The position numbers were made by a program, and so were the translations under genes. The notes under the pieces were generated by a model. That model saw only the letters and a program-made list of their open reading frames with translations, was not told the DNA's origin and did no database searches. Shown in pieces: positions 35,389 through 46,968 of a stretch of DNA of 64,000 nt. Position 1 is the stretch's first letter, and every line of letters begins with the position of its first letter. The DNA comes from Scenedesmus sp. PABB004 (taxonomy: Eukaryota). The stretch is from the NCBI GenBank assembly GCA_014905635.1, contig CM026547.1, forward strand, positions 3,162,001-3,226,000. Direction: 5' to 3'.

Positions 35389-37148
35389 CGACCTGCTGCT
35401 GCGCAGCCGCCGCCGCCGCCGCCGCGGCCTGCTGCTGCTGCTGCTTGCTGACCGCGAGCAGCTGCACCAGCTCGTTGAGGTCCTGCGGCAGCGCCGCCTC
35501 GGTGCGCTGCATCGTCCAGAACGCCGCCTGGTAAACAGTCTTGTACATCGACCGCACGTTGGCTGCGCGCGGCCGGCGCGGCAGCGGCGGGTCGGGGCGC
35601 GTGGGCACGAGGGAGGCCTGCGCGCCCGCCTCGCCCTGGCGCGGCGGTGCGGTGCGCGGCGCGGCGGTGCGCGGCGGTGCGCGGCGGTGCGCGGCAGTGC
35701 GGTGCGCGGCGCGGCGCTGCGCGGCGCGGCGGCGCGCACCCATGTACGCGGCGTCCACAAACTCGTGGCGCAGCAGGCGGAAACCCATGAGCTCCGCCGC
35801 GGCCTGCACGTCGGCGAGGCAGAGCTCGACGCTGAGCTCGCGCCAGCTGTCGGCCCAGTGCCAGAGCAGCGGGCCGAGGTGCAGCCACACGCCGCCGGGG
35901 CGCAGCACGTGGTGGATGGTCTCCAGGTAGTCGAGCACGTTGTGGGCGGTGTCGATGAAGAAGCAGGTCACGACCGCGTCAAAGGCGCCGGCCATCTCGG
36001 GGCGCGCGTAGACCTCGGCAAAGTCGCCCGCGCACATGGACAGCATGCCCGGCGGCACGAGCGAGGGCGGCAGCACGTCGGGCACGCACACGCCGCGCAG
36101 CTGGTCGTCGGACGTCACGTTGTTGACCGTCACGTGCGCCCACGGGTGCACCGTCCACTGCCCCGCGCACGCCGTGTGGTTGAGCATGAACGCCTGCGGC
36201 GCGCCGGCGCGGCGCGCGTGGCCGCGCGCCGGCCCCACCGCGCGGAGCCCGCCCCCGCCCCCGCCCCGCCCCCGCCGCCGCGCAGCGCCCGCGCCGCCCC
36301 TCCCCGCGGCGGCCCCGCGGCGGCCCCCCGCCCCTCTCCCCGCCCCTCCCCGCGGCGGCCCCGCCTCACCGCGGTGAGGAGCATGAAATAGCTGAACTCG
36401 TTGCCCTGCGCCTCAAACCCCGCGGCCGCGACCTCCACGCACAGCCGCGCGAGGCCCGCGCCGGGGAGCAGCACGCGCGGCGGGCGCGGGCCGGACCAGT
36501 CGGCGAAGCGGGCCCGCAGCTCCGCGACGACGCGGCCGTAGCTCTGCTCCCGCTCCAGCGCGCCCTCGGCGCTCCAGTCGCGCACCAGGTTCTTCAGCAC
36601 GTAGCGCACCTTCTCCGCGTCGCCCGGCGGGCACACAGCGCCCGCGGCCGCGAGCGCGTCGGCCGCCGCGGCCGCGCGCGCCGCGAGGTCGCCCGGCACG
36701 CCGCGCCCGCCGTCGCCGCCGCCCGGCTCGTCGCCCTGCGGGGGCTCGCCGTCGTCGCCGTCGTCCCCCGCAAAGGCCATGAGCAGGGCCTTAATGAAAA
36801 ACTGGTTCTGCGCCGCCGCGCGCCGCGCGGCCGCGGCGCGGGCGGGGAGGTGGCCGAGCAGCATGCGGTGCCGTGGCGGCAGCGCCGCGTAGTTGTGCTC
36901 CCAGCGGGCGACCTCCGCCTCCATGCAGACCGCGTACTGGCGGAACGCAAACACGATCCTGCGGCGGCGCGGGCGCGGCGCGTGGTGCGGGCGCCCTGCA
37001 GCGGCGGCACGCGCGGCGGCGCGGCCCGGCCGCCCCGCGCGCGCACGCACTTGCCCAGCGCCTGCGCCTCCTGCTCCTCCTCGTCTTCGTGGTCGGGACC
37101 ATGGCGGTGCCCGTCGCAGCCGGCGCCGTCGTGCGCGTGGCCGGGCAT
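35228..37148 (-). CDS. CARNMT1: Carnosine N-methyltransferase / N2227-like SAM methyltransferase, multi-exon
   Basis: KVRYVLKNLVRDWSAEG, VLLPGAGLARL, QGNEFSYFML, CAGDFAEVY, TCFFIDTAHN, GPLLWHW; poly-Q tail. Confidence 0.92.
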
Positions 37149-37481
37149 CGCGCTGCTGCCAGCGGCGGAGCGGCGCGCCCGCGGCGACGGCAGACCGGCA
37201 GGCTGTGGCGGCGGCGCACGGACCGCAGACGATCGCGCGGAAGCCGACTGGGGCGACGCAGTGGCGCGCCTCGTTGTTCGCAGGCGGCGCGATTCAGGAG
37301 AGTTCTGCGCGCGGCGCGCCGCCGCCCTTTTCGTGGCGATCGCGGCGCGGCACTCACTTCCTCTCTCCTGCCGCTGATCCTTCGCCGCCTCCCAGCGCTC
37401 CGGGACCCCGCCAGCCGCCCGCCAGCCTGCCGCCGCGCCGAGAGCAGCGCCCATCAGCGCGCCGCCGCCGCCGCCCGACCA

Positions 37482-38283
37482 ATGTCGTCCGACGCCCAGC
37501 GGCCACCTCCCTCCAACAAGCTAGAGGAGCAGGCGCGCGCCAAGGTGGGTCGCCGGTCGGCGGCGGCGCAGCAGACGGCGGCGCTGGCGTGCGCGGAGGG
37601 TGGAGCGGCGCCACCAAGCGCGGCGACGTGCCTGCGCCACGCCCTGCAGCGGTCGCGGCCGCACACGAGCAGCGCCTTGACCTGCTGCCCCGCTGCCCGC
37701 CCAGGGCGACCTGAGCTACAGCTCCTGGGCGAGCACTGACCGGCCAGCCAACGCGCCGGACGTTGTGCCGAGGAAGCTGTCGGCGGGCGAGGCGGCGGCG
37801 ATGCAGCAGCAGCAGCCCCCGGGCGGCGAGCCGGGCGGCGTCCGGGCGTCGAGTTGGAACGCGGCGGGCACGTTTGAGGAGCGCAGCATCACGGAGCCGG
37901 CGAAGCAGCAGCTGCAGCAGGCGCTGCTGGGCGTGGGCGCGGGCGGCGCGCGCGTCACGCGCGTCTCGAGCGTCACTGGCGACGCCCATGTGTGGTTTGT
38001 GCGCGGCACGCCGCGCTGCGGGTTTGACTTCAACATCGAGCTGGCCTGGGCCTGCGGCGGCGGCGCCGAGCCCGGCAGCGCCAGCGGCACGCTGCGCCTC
38101 CCGGTCGCGTCGCCGGACGAGCTCGACGGCGACCTGCTGCTGGAGGACGTGAAGCTCGACGCGCCGAGCGGCGACGCCGCAGCTGACGCGGCCGCGCTCG
38201 CGGCGGCGCGCGGGCTCAAGCCCGCGCTGGAGGAGGCGCTGCGCGAGTTTTATGCGGCGCTGAAACGCTTCGCTTCCGCGTGA
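37482..38283 (+). CDS. Activator of Hsp90 ATPase N-domain protein (Aha1_N-like), 2 exons
   Basis: SSWNAAGTFEERSIT...VSSVTGDAHVWFVRG..R.GFDFNIELAW...GTLRLP. Confidence 0.8.
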
Positions 38284-39148
38284 GGTAAATGCCTTGCCGC
38301 CGCCGCCGCCGCCGTTACCATTCAAGTGCGGCGCGCGCCGCCGCGCCGTCGCTCGCTCGCTCGCGACGACACAACACAACACACACGCGGGCGAGCGCGG
38401 CGCGCGGGAGTTTGATTGTGAGCGCCAAGAGAGAGATGCGCGCCAACCGTGGGGTGCACACACGCCCGCTGTACAAGTGCTGGCGCCGCCGCGCGCGCCC
38501 GGGGGAGCCGGTCTGATGTACATCGCGCGTGGCCGCGTTCAAAATGCGCGGCCTCACAGGAAACAGCAATCGCGGCGGCCCGTGGCCGCGCCGCCTCCGC
38601 CGCGCCGTGGCGCCCGCGGCCCGCCCGCCGCCGCCGTCCCAGGCCGGGCGTGCGCCGCGGCCTCGCCCTCGCCCTTGCTGCTCGAGCCAAAACCGTCGAC
38701 GCCCGCCGGGCCTCGCGGGCCCGGCGACAGCCGCCCATGCTCCCGGCGAGGCGCGCCCGTGCCAAGGCGCACGCAGCCGCCCGCCCCCTGCCCGGCCGCG
38801 GCGCGCCCCGGGGCCTGGCGCCGCGCGGGGCGCGCCGCGCTCGCCGCTCCGCGCTGGACAAAACCACGGGCCTGCACGCGGCCCCGCCGCCGCCCCACGC
38901 GCGCGGCGCTTGTTGCGATGTGCTGGTGGTGCGTGTCTTCTTCTCGTGACTGCCTATGACCTCAGTCCCTGGCCGGTGCCAGGGAGAGGCGGCAGGAGGC
39001 GCAGCGCGGCGTGACGCTCCCCGCCGGCGCGGGCAGACGGGCGCCGCCGCCGCGCCACGCGCGCGCGCTGCCCGTCCTATGGGGCAGCGCTGCGCGCCTG
39101 GCGCTGCAGCGCGCGCTGCTGGCCCGCCGCCTGGCCGCCTGCCGCTCG

Positions 39149-39240
39149 CCTCTGCCGCCTGCCGCCTGCCTCTGCCGCCTGTCTCTGCCGCCTGTCTCTG
39201 TCGCCTGCCTCTGCCGCCTGCCATCCGCTGGCCTCTGCCT
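39149..39240. repeat. Degenerate ~13-bp tandem repeat (CTCTGCCGCCTGY)n
   Basis: Visible directly, downstream of the starch synthase stop. Confidence 0.7.
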
Positions 39241-39422
39241 GGCTGGCGCCGCGCCGCTGCCGCCGCAGCCGCCGGCCCTGCCGCCGCGCCGGTCGCCTAG
39301 GACGAGCCCGCAGGGCGCCTCTCGCTCTCTCGCGCTCGCTCTCTCGCGCTCCCTCGCTCTCGCGCGTGCCGCTCGGGCGTCTCTCGGCGCCGGGCGCGCG
39401 CGGCGCGCCGCGCGTGGGGCGC

Positions 39423-42400
39423 TCACCACTGGAACTTGGCCGCGACCAGCACCTCCTCGTACACCTCCGCCGCGTGGTCCCAGGACAGGTCCTGGCCCAT
39501 GCCGCGCCGCTGCAGCGCGACGAACGAGTCGCGGTAGTTGCGGTACGTCTCGAGCGCGTTGGTGCACGCGCCGCGCATCTGCTCCGCGTCGGCGCGCTCA
39601 AACGTCCACCCCGTGCCGCTGCTCTCAAACGGGTTGAACGGCTTGACCGTGTCGCGCAGCCCCCCGACCGCGTGCACGATCGGCACCGTGCCGTACGCCA
39701 TCGCGTACAGCTGGTTGAGCCCGCACGGCTCAAACCTGCGCGCGCACGCACGGCCGGCGCGGGCGCGGCGCTCAGGGGCGCGCGGCGCGCCGCGCCGCCG
39801 GCGGCGCGCGGCTGGCAGGGGGCGCTCGCGAGCTGGCGCGTGCGCGTGCGCGCGTGTGCGCGTGCGGCGCGCCTGCTGGGCATGAGCAGCATGTCGCAGC
39901 CCGCGGTGATGCGGTGGGCCATCTTGACGCTGAACCCGACCCAGCAGCGCGTCTGCGCCTTGTGCCCCGCCTCCATGCTGCGCAGGTCGTTCTCGAGGTC
40001 CTGCCGCCCGCTGCCGAGCATGACGAGCTGCACGCCCTGGCCCATGAGCCAGCCGTGGCTGTCGCGAATGAGGTCGACGCCCTTCTGGTAGTCGAGGCGG
40101 CCGATGAAGCCAAACAGGGGGATGTCGGGGTCGACCGGCAGGCCCAGCTCCTTCTGCAGCGCCATCTGCGACGCGCGGCGCGACGCGACGCGCGCACAGG
40201 GGACGGGGCGGGCGGGCGGGCGGGCGTGGGCGCACGGGCGCGGGCACGCTGCCGGTGCCCGCGCGCGCGCCAGGGGTGAGGCGCGCTGCGCGGCGGCGCG
40301 GCGCGGCGCGGCGCGCCTTGCACTTCTTCTTGCCCTCCTCGAGGGTGTCGATGTCGTAGTTGACGTAGCCGTCCGTCTCCAGGTGCGGGTCGCACGTGGG
40401 GCTCCACTCCTGCGCCCGCGACGGCGGCGGCGGCGCGCGGGCAGCGCTTGAGCGTCGCCGCCGCACGCTGTGCCGCGCGTCGCAGCCGCGCCACCGTGCC
40501 GCGCGTCGCAGCCGCGCCGCCGCGCGGGCGCCTGCCGCGCGGGCGCGTGCGCGCGTCGCGGCGCGGCGCCGCACCGCGTAGTCGATGCCGTTGACGATGC
40601 CGCGCAGCTTCCAGTTGTTCTCGCGGATGATCGCGTCGAGGCCCCACCCGCCCTCCTGCGTCTGGCACTCCCACGCGTAGCCGTCGCTGACCGCGACGAT
40701 GCGGTGGCTGAACTGCAGCCCCGCCTTCATGATGTTCATGTGCTCACCGCCGATGGGGTCGTACAGCCGGAACACCTGACCGGCAGCGGGGCAGCAGCAG
40801 CGCGGCGCGGCGCGGGGTGTGTCGGGCAGGCGGCGGCGCGGTGGGCCGCGGCGAGAGAGAGAGGGAGGGAGAGAGAGCGAGCGGGGCGCGCGCGGCGCGC
40901 GGACCGCGGGCAGCCAGCCAGCGGAGACGGCCGGCGCGGCGCGGCGCGGCGCGGGCCGCACCTCGCGGTACTTCTCGGGCAGCTCGAGCACCTCCGTCTC
41001 CACAAAGGGCCCGCGGCCCTGGTGGGCCATGTTGTGGATGACAAACACGGCGCGGCTGAACTTCATCTGCTCGTAGTCGCGGTAGTGCGCCTGAGGCAGA
41101 GAGGCGGGGCGGCGCGGGGGCGGGCGGCCGGACGGCGGGCGGGCAGGTGCGGCGGGCGGGCGGTGAGCGCCATGAGCGCGCCGCCGCGGCAGCCCGGGGC
41201 ACGAGCGCGCCCGAGGCCGCCGCCGCGGCGCGCCGGGGCGCACCTGGAGGTAGACGGGCAGCAGCGCGGTGTGCCAGTCGTTGGCGATGAAGACGGTGTT
41301 GTTGTCGCCGTACGCGATGCCGCCGCAGGGGACGTGCCACACGCTCTCCAGCGCCGCCTTGCAGAGCAGCGCGCAGCGGAACTGGATCTCCTGGCGCTCG
41401 CCGCCGTAGATGTCCTTGGCGCGGAAGTGGAAGCTCGGGTGGTCCACGAACACAAAGTCCACGCCGTCGATGAACGCGTGAAAGTAGCCCACCTGGCGGG
41501 AGCACGCGGCGCGCGCGCGCGCAGCCGCGGGGGTCGGCGGCAGCAGCGGCGACTGCACGCGCGCGCCGGCCGGCCGGCCGGCCGGCGCCGCGCGTGCCGC
41601 GCCCGCACGGCTCCCGCGCGGTGTGCCGCGCACCTCGACGTCCTGGTTCATGACGCGGAAGATGCGGCGGATGCCCGTCTCCCACGCGTTGTCGTAGTTC
41701 TCGTACCGCGGCGCGACGACCATGACGCGGTGCCCCCGCCGCGCAAACGCCTTTGGCAGCGCACCCATGACGTCGCCGAGGCCGCCCGTCTTGCTCCACG
41801 GCGCGCACTCGGCGCCGACCATGACGATGTTCATCACGTTCTCCCCCGCCAGCGGCGGCTCCGCGGGCGGCGCGTCCTCGGGCGGCGCCTCGGGCTCGGC
41901 GAGCACCTCCACCGCCGGCGCCGGCCGCGCCGCGGGCGCCGCCGGCGGCGGCGTCATGAGCTGCTGCTGCCGCACCGGCGCGAGCACCTGCTGCGCAAAC
42001 GCGGGCGGCCGCGCCTCGGGCGCGGGCTGCGCCACGGGGCGCATCCGCTCCAGCGCCTTCTGCGCCGGCGGCGGCGGCGGCCGCAGCATGCCGCCCGCGG
42101 GCGCGCTCGGCGCCGCCGGCGCCGGCGGCGGCGGCGGCGCGCGCGCGGCCGGCGGCGCCATGGTGGCCTGCGGGCGGCGGTCACGCATGCGCGCGCGGCG
42201 CGCGTGGGCCGGGGCGCCGCACGCTGATCGCGGCGCCGCCGCCCGGCGGGGGAGCGGCGCGCTGACGCGCCGCTGCCGCGGCGGTCGGCGGCGGCGCGCG
42301 CGCAGCTGCTGCGGCGGCGGCGGTCGGCCGCGCGCGCTCGCGGCCGCGCGCCGCTGGCGCCGCGCAGGCGCGCACGCTGCGCGATCGCGGCTGGGCGCCC

Positions 42401-42961
42401 GCTCACCGTGCGGGAGGGCCCGTTGGCGCCCTGCTGCGCGCCGGGGACCTCGATGCTGTTCAGCTGGTCCAGCAGGCGCGCCTGCTGCTGCTTGCGCTCC
42501 TCAATCTGGCGCGTTGGGCGGGCGGGCGCGGCGGTCGGGGCGTGCGCCGGCCGCGGGCGGCGCGGAGGCCGCGGGGCGGGCGCGAGGGGCGGCAGCAGCG
42601 CCAGGCCAGCGCGCCTCCTAGCCAGCCTGGCGCGCCGCGCCCAGGCCCCGCCGCGCCCCGGGCGGCGCCCCACCTCACGCAGCAGCTCCTCGTGCAGCTC
42701 CCACAGCTCCAGATCGCTGCTCGCGGTCGGCTCGGCGCGGCAGAGGGGGCCTGCGAGGCGGGCGTGGCATCAGGCCCGCCCCCGGCGCCCCCGGCGCGCC
42801 CCCAAGCCCGGCCGCGCGCCCGGCGCAACGGAAGCCCCGCCCGCCGCACCGGTGCGCGACCGCCGGGGCGCGCGCGGCCCGCACGACAGCCGGCTGTCGC
42901 GGAGGCCGGCCGGGCCCGCGCGGCAGCGCGCGCCGGCGCCGCGGCTCGCGGACACAAGCAT
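39423..42961 (-). CDS. SS2: Soluble starch synthase II (GT5), plastid-targeted, multi-exon
   Basis: [54 protein letters not shown]-terminal AAKFQW is typical of SSII. Confidence 0.93.
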
Positions 42962-43344
42962 GGCGGGACAGCGAGGCCGCTGCGGCCAGGCAATTGGGGG
43001 GCGTGTGCTGACCGGGCGGGCGCGAGCGGCGAGGTCGCGCGCGCGGCGTGCTGCCGTGTCGCTCGGAGTCGGCCGCGGCTCGGCGCGCCGGGAGTGCGGG
43101 TGAGGCGCGCGGGCGAGCTCCCAGCGAGCGGGGCCTGCGGGGCGTGCAAACCGCGCAACTTCGACCCGCCCGCTTGCTCGGGCCGCCCGGCCTCCGCCAA
43201 AGACGCGCGGCCGTCGCCTCGGCGGAGCGGGCGCGCGATCGGCCCGCCCGGCCGCGATCGAACGCCGCGCCGCGCGGGCGCCGCCGCTGCAGCTAGCTCT
43301 GCGGCGTGGCAGGCCGGCGCGGCCCCAGCCCGCCCCGGGCGGCC

Positions 43345-46300
43345 ATGGGCCGGGAGGACGCCGGCCGCGGCGGGGAGGAGGGCCGGTGGGAAGGCCGGCG
43401 CTCCCGCAGCGCCAGCCGCTCGCGCAGCCGCAGCCGCTCGCGCCGGCGCCGGCGCAGGTGGGCGGCGACGGCTTGCGCGGGCAGGGCGTTCGGCGCAGCC
43501 GGGCGCGCTGCGGCGCCGCGGCGGCGCTGCCAGCCGGCGCCCACCGCCGCCGCCGCTGCCGCCGGCCGGCGCTGCTGCTGCCGGCCCGCAGGGACCGCAG
43601 CTCGAGCCGGTCGCGCAGCCGCGGCCGCGGCCGCGCGCGGCGCCGCAGCAGCAGGAGCCGCAGCAGGAGCCGCAGCCGCAGCCGCAGCCGCAGCCGCAGC
43701 CGCGAGCGCTCGCCGCGCGACCGGCGGCGGCGGCGCGACGACAGGGAGCAGGGTAACGCGCCGCGCCGCGACGCGGCGCGTGAGCCCAGGGCGCGCCGCG
43801 CGGCCCGTTCACGCGGCGCCCGCCCGTGCAACGCGCACGACGCCCGGCAGGCACCTGGAGGGGCGGCCGCGCCGGCGACGACGCGCGCTGGGGCGACGAC
43901 GGTGCGGGCGGCCGGCGCTGGGGCGCGCGCGCACGCCCCGGCGCACGCGGCGCAGCCCGCCTGAGCGCCCGCCGCGCGCGGCCCGCAGGCAATGCGCGCG
44001 GCGGCGGCTGTCGCAGCCGCAGCCGCGGCAGCGACGGCGAGTGCGACTGGGACGCCGGCGTGGAGGACATGGAGCGCGGCGACTGGCGGCAGCAGCGCCG
44101 GCTCCCGGCGCGCGAGCCCTGCCCCACGCTCTTTGTCAAGGGCCTGCCTGAGGACGCGGAGGAGGCCGACCTGCAGGCAGCGTTCCAGGGTGGGCGGGGC
44201 GCTGCCCCGCGCGCGCCGCCGGCCGCGGGCGCGCTGGCCGCCGCCCCCGCGCCGGGCGCCGACGGCCGCCCGGCTCTCCCTGCCGCCGCCGCCGCCGCCG
44301 CCGCCGCGCAGAGGGCCTGGGGCATGCGTTCCCAGTCGTAGCCGTGCGCGTGCTGCGCGACCACAGCACCGGGCGCGGGCGGGGCCTCGCGTTTGTGGTG
44401 AGCCGCTGCGGCGGCGGCGGCGGCAGCGGCGCGCGGGGCCGCCCGCCCGCGCCGCGCCGCGCCCGCCGCCCCGCCCCCACCGGCGCCGCGCCGCGCCGCG
44501 CCGCGCCGCGCCGCGCCGCGCCGCGCCGCGCCGCGCCGCGCCGCGCAGGACCTCGCGACCACGGACGACGCCGTGCGGCTGATGGCGTCGGAGCAGCGCT
44601 GGTCGCTGTCGGTGCGGGGGCAGCCGGTCACGCTGGACTACAGCATCGGCGGCACCGCGGCGGGCCGCGGCGGCGGCGAGGTCCAACCGCTGCAGCTGGA
44701 CTGGGTCTGCGACATGTGCAGCGCCGTCAACTTTGCGCGGTGCGCCGCCGCGCGCCGTCGCGCGGCTGGACCCCCCCCCCCACACACACACACACGCACA
44801 CACGCACACACACCCACACACCCATGCACGCACACACGCACGCGCAGGCGGCTGGAGTGCTATCACTGCTCCACGGCGCGGCCCGCCAACCCGCGGCGCG
44901 TGACGTCAGAGGCCAACGTGCCCTCGACCGTGGTCAAGATCTCGGGCCTCGGCGCCGACACCAGGCACGGCACCCCGCGCCCTGCGTGCCGCCGCACCCG
45001 TGTGCCCACTCCGCGCCCATGCCGCGCCGCCGCCGCCGCGCCCATGCCGCGCCGACGCCGCACCGCGCCCACGCCGCACCGCCGCCGCGCCGCGTGCGGC
45101 CGCAGCGAGGAGGCGTTGTACACCTTTTGTGCGTCGATCACGCCGACCATCGTGGAGCTCGCGGTCATCCACGACAAGTTCACCGGCATGCCCCGCGGCT
45201 TTGCCTTTGTCACGCTGCCCAGCGTCTCCGCGGCGGCGGCGCTGCTCGCGGGCGCGCAGGGCGCGACGCTGCCCGGCGCGGCGCGCCCGCTGCGCACGTG
45301 CTACGCCAAGCCGCACAACGAGGTGCTCGCCGCGGCGGCGGCGGCGCCCGGCGGCGCGGGCGCGTGGCCCGAGCCGCCCGCGCCCGCGCCCGCGGCGGCG
45401 GCGTGGAAGCCCAAGGAGTTTGACCCGGCCGCCCTGGAGGGCGGCCGCGACGACGCGCCCGCGCAGCAGCAGCCCGCGCAGCAGCCCGCTGCCGGCGCCG
45501 CCGCCGCCGGCGTCGGCGGCGGCGGCGGCGGTGCGGCCGCGGCCGCTGCGGCGGGCGTGGACGCCGCGACGATCGCGGCGATGACGGCGTCTGGCTTTGA
45601 GTACCAGGCGGGCAGCGGCTACTGGTATGACGCGCGCAGCGGGTACCACTACGACACAGCGAGCCAGCTCTACTACCACCACTCCACGGGCTGCTGGTAC
45701 CGCCACGACGCCGCGACGGGGCAGTACAGCGCGGTCGGCGGAGGGGCGGCGCAGCCGGCAGAGGCGGCCCCGCAGCAGGCGGCGGCGGCGCAGCAGCAGC
45801 AGCCCGCGGCGGCGGTCGCGGGGCCGCAGCCGCGGGCGGCGCAGCAGGGGGAGCAGCCCGCGGCGGCCGTCGCGGGGCCGCAGCTGCCGCAGCACTACCA
45901 GGCGCAGGCGCAGTCGGCGGTGGGGCCGCAGCCGCAGCCGCACCAGCAGCAGGCGCAGCCGCAGGCGCAGGCGCAGCCGCAGCCGCAGCCCGCCGTGACG
46001 GCGGAGGACAAGCGCCGCCGCGCCACGCTCGGCGCGGCGCCGCAGTACGACCACGAGGGGCTGCTGGCGGTTGTGGCGCTCGAAAACGTGCGCGCGCCGC
46101 GCGCGCGCGACCGGCTGGCCGGCGCGCCGCCGCGTGGCGCCAGCGCCGCTGAGCACGCCGCGCCGCCCGCGCCGCGCCCGCGCGCAGCACCGCGTGGAGG
46201 AGGCCAAGCGCGCCGCCGCCCTGGCGCGCAAGGCGGCCAAGCCGGCCGCGGCGCCGGGCGGCGCCGCCAAGCCGGGCAAGGTCGGCGGCAAGCCTGGCAT

Positions 46301-46469
46301 CGGCGTGCTGCCTGGCACGGGCGGCGTGCCCGCGCCGCCGCTGCCGGCCGCGCAGTTCAGCACCGACGACGGCGCGGTGCAGGGCGTGGTCTACAGGAGC
46401 TCCTGGGCGGCGCGGCGCGCGGCAGCGGCCGCCGCGGCGCCGCCGGCCGCCCAGCGGCAGCAGCCCTGA
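43345..46469 (+). CDS. RBM5/RBM10/SUA-like splicing factor (RS region, RRM, RanBP2 zinc finger, RRM, OCRE), multi-exon
   Basis: RS dipeptides, TLFVKGL...RGLAFV, DWVCDMCSAVNFARRLECYHC, PRGFAFV, SGYWYDARSGYHYD..SQLYY. Confidence 0.88.
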
Positions 46470-46657
46470 GCGCAGGGCGTGGTCTACAGGAGCTCCTGGG
46501 CGGCGCGGCGCGCGGCAGCGGCCGCCGCGGCGCCGCCGGCCGCCCAGCGGCAGCAGCCCTGAGCGCAGGGCGTGGTCTACAGGAGCTCCTGGGCGGCGCG
46601 GCGCGCGGCAGCGGCCGCCGCGGCGCCGCCGGCCGCCCAGCGGCAGCAGCCCTGAGC
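46379..46657 (+). repeat. 93-bp tandem triplication spanning the stop codon of the RBM5-like gene
   Basis: GCAGGGCGTGGTCTACAGGAGCTCC... starts at 46379, 46472 and 46565. Confidence 0.95.
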
Positions 46658-46968
46658 GCTGCCGGCCAGCTGGCGGCGGCGGGCTCTCGCTGGGGCGTGC
46701 GCGCCAGCGCCGTCGTCTCAGCGCTGCGCCGAGCTCGCCGCTTGAGCTGGGGCGTGCGGCGGGGGCTGGCGGGCGAGAGGGCGGGCACGCTGTCGTGCAC
46801 GCGGCACCGGCGTGGTATTTTTGCCGCATGCGCCCTGCCTCCCCGCGATCCCGGCCCGCGTCCCGCCGATCTCGCGCCCAGTGTTTGCGCCACCGCCGCC
46901 GCCTCTTCGCAGCCCTCCGCGTGCAGAGCAGCCCTCCGCCCATCACGCTCGTGCTGCTGCCCGCGCGA

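Noticed and set aside
35277..35445. (CTG/CAG)n, (GCC)n, (CA)n and (GGCA)n microsatellites here and elsewhere
   Set aside because: Ordinary poly-Q/poly-A tracts and intronic simple repeats typical of such genomes.
46379..46657. Regular repeats as a possible CRISPR array (also 32770-33362)
   Set aside because: Head-to-tail copies with no unique spacers, eukaryotic context and no cas genes.
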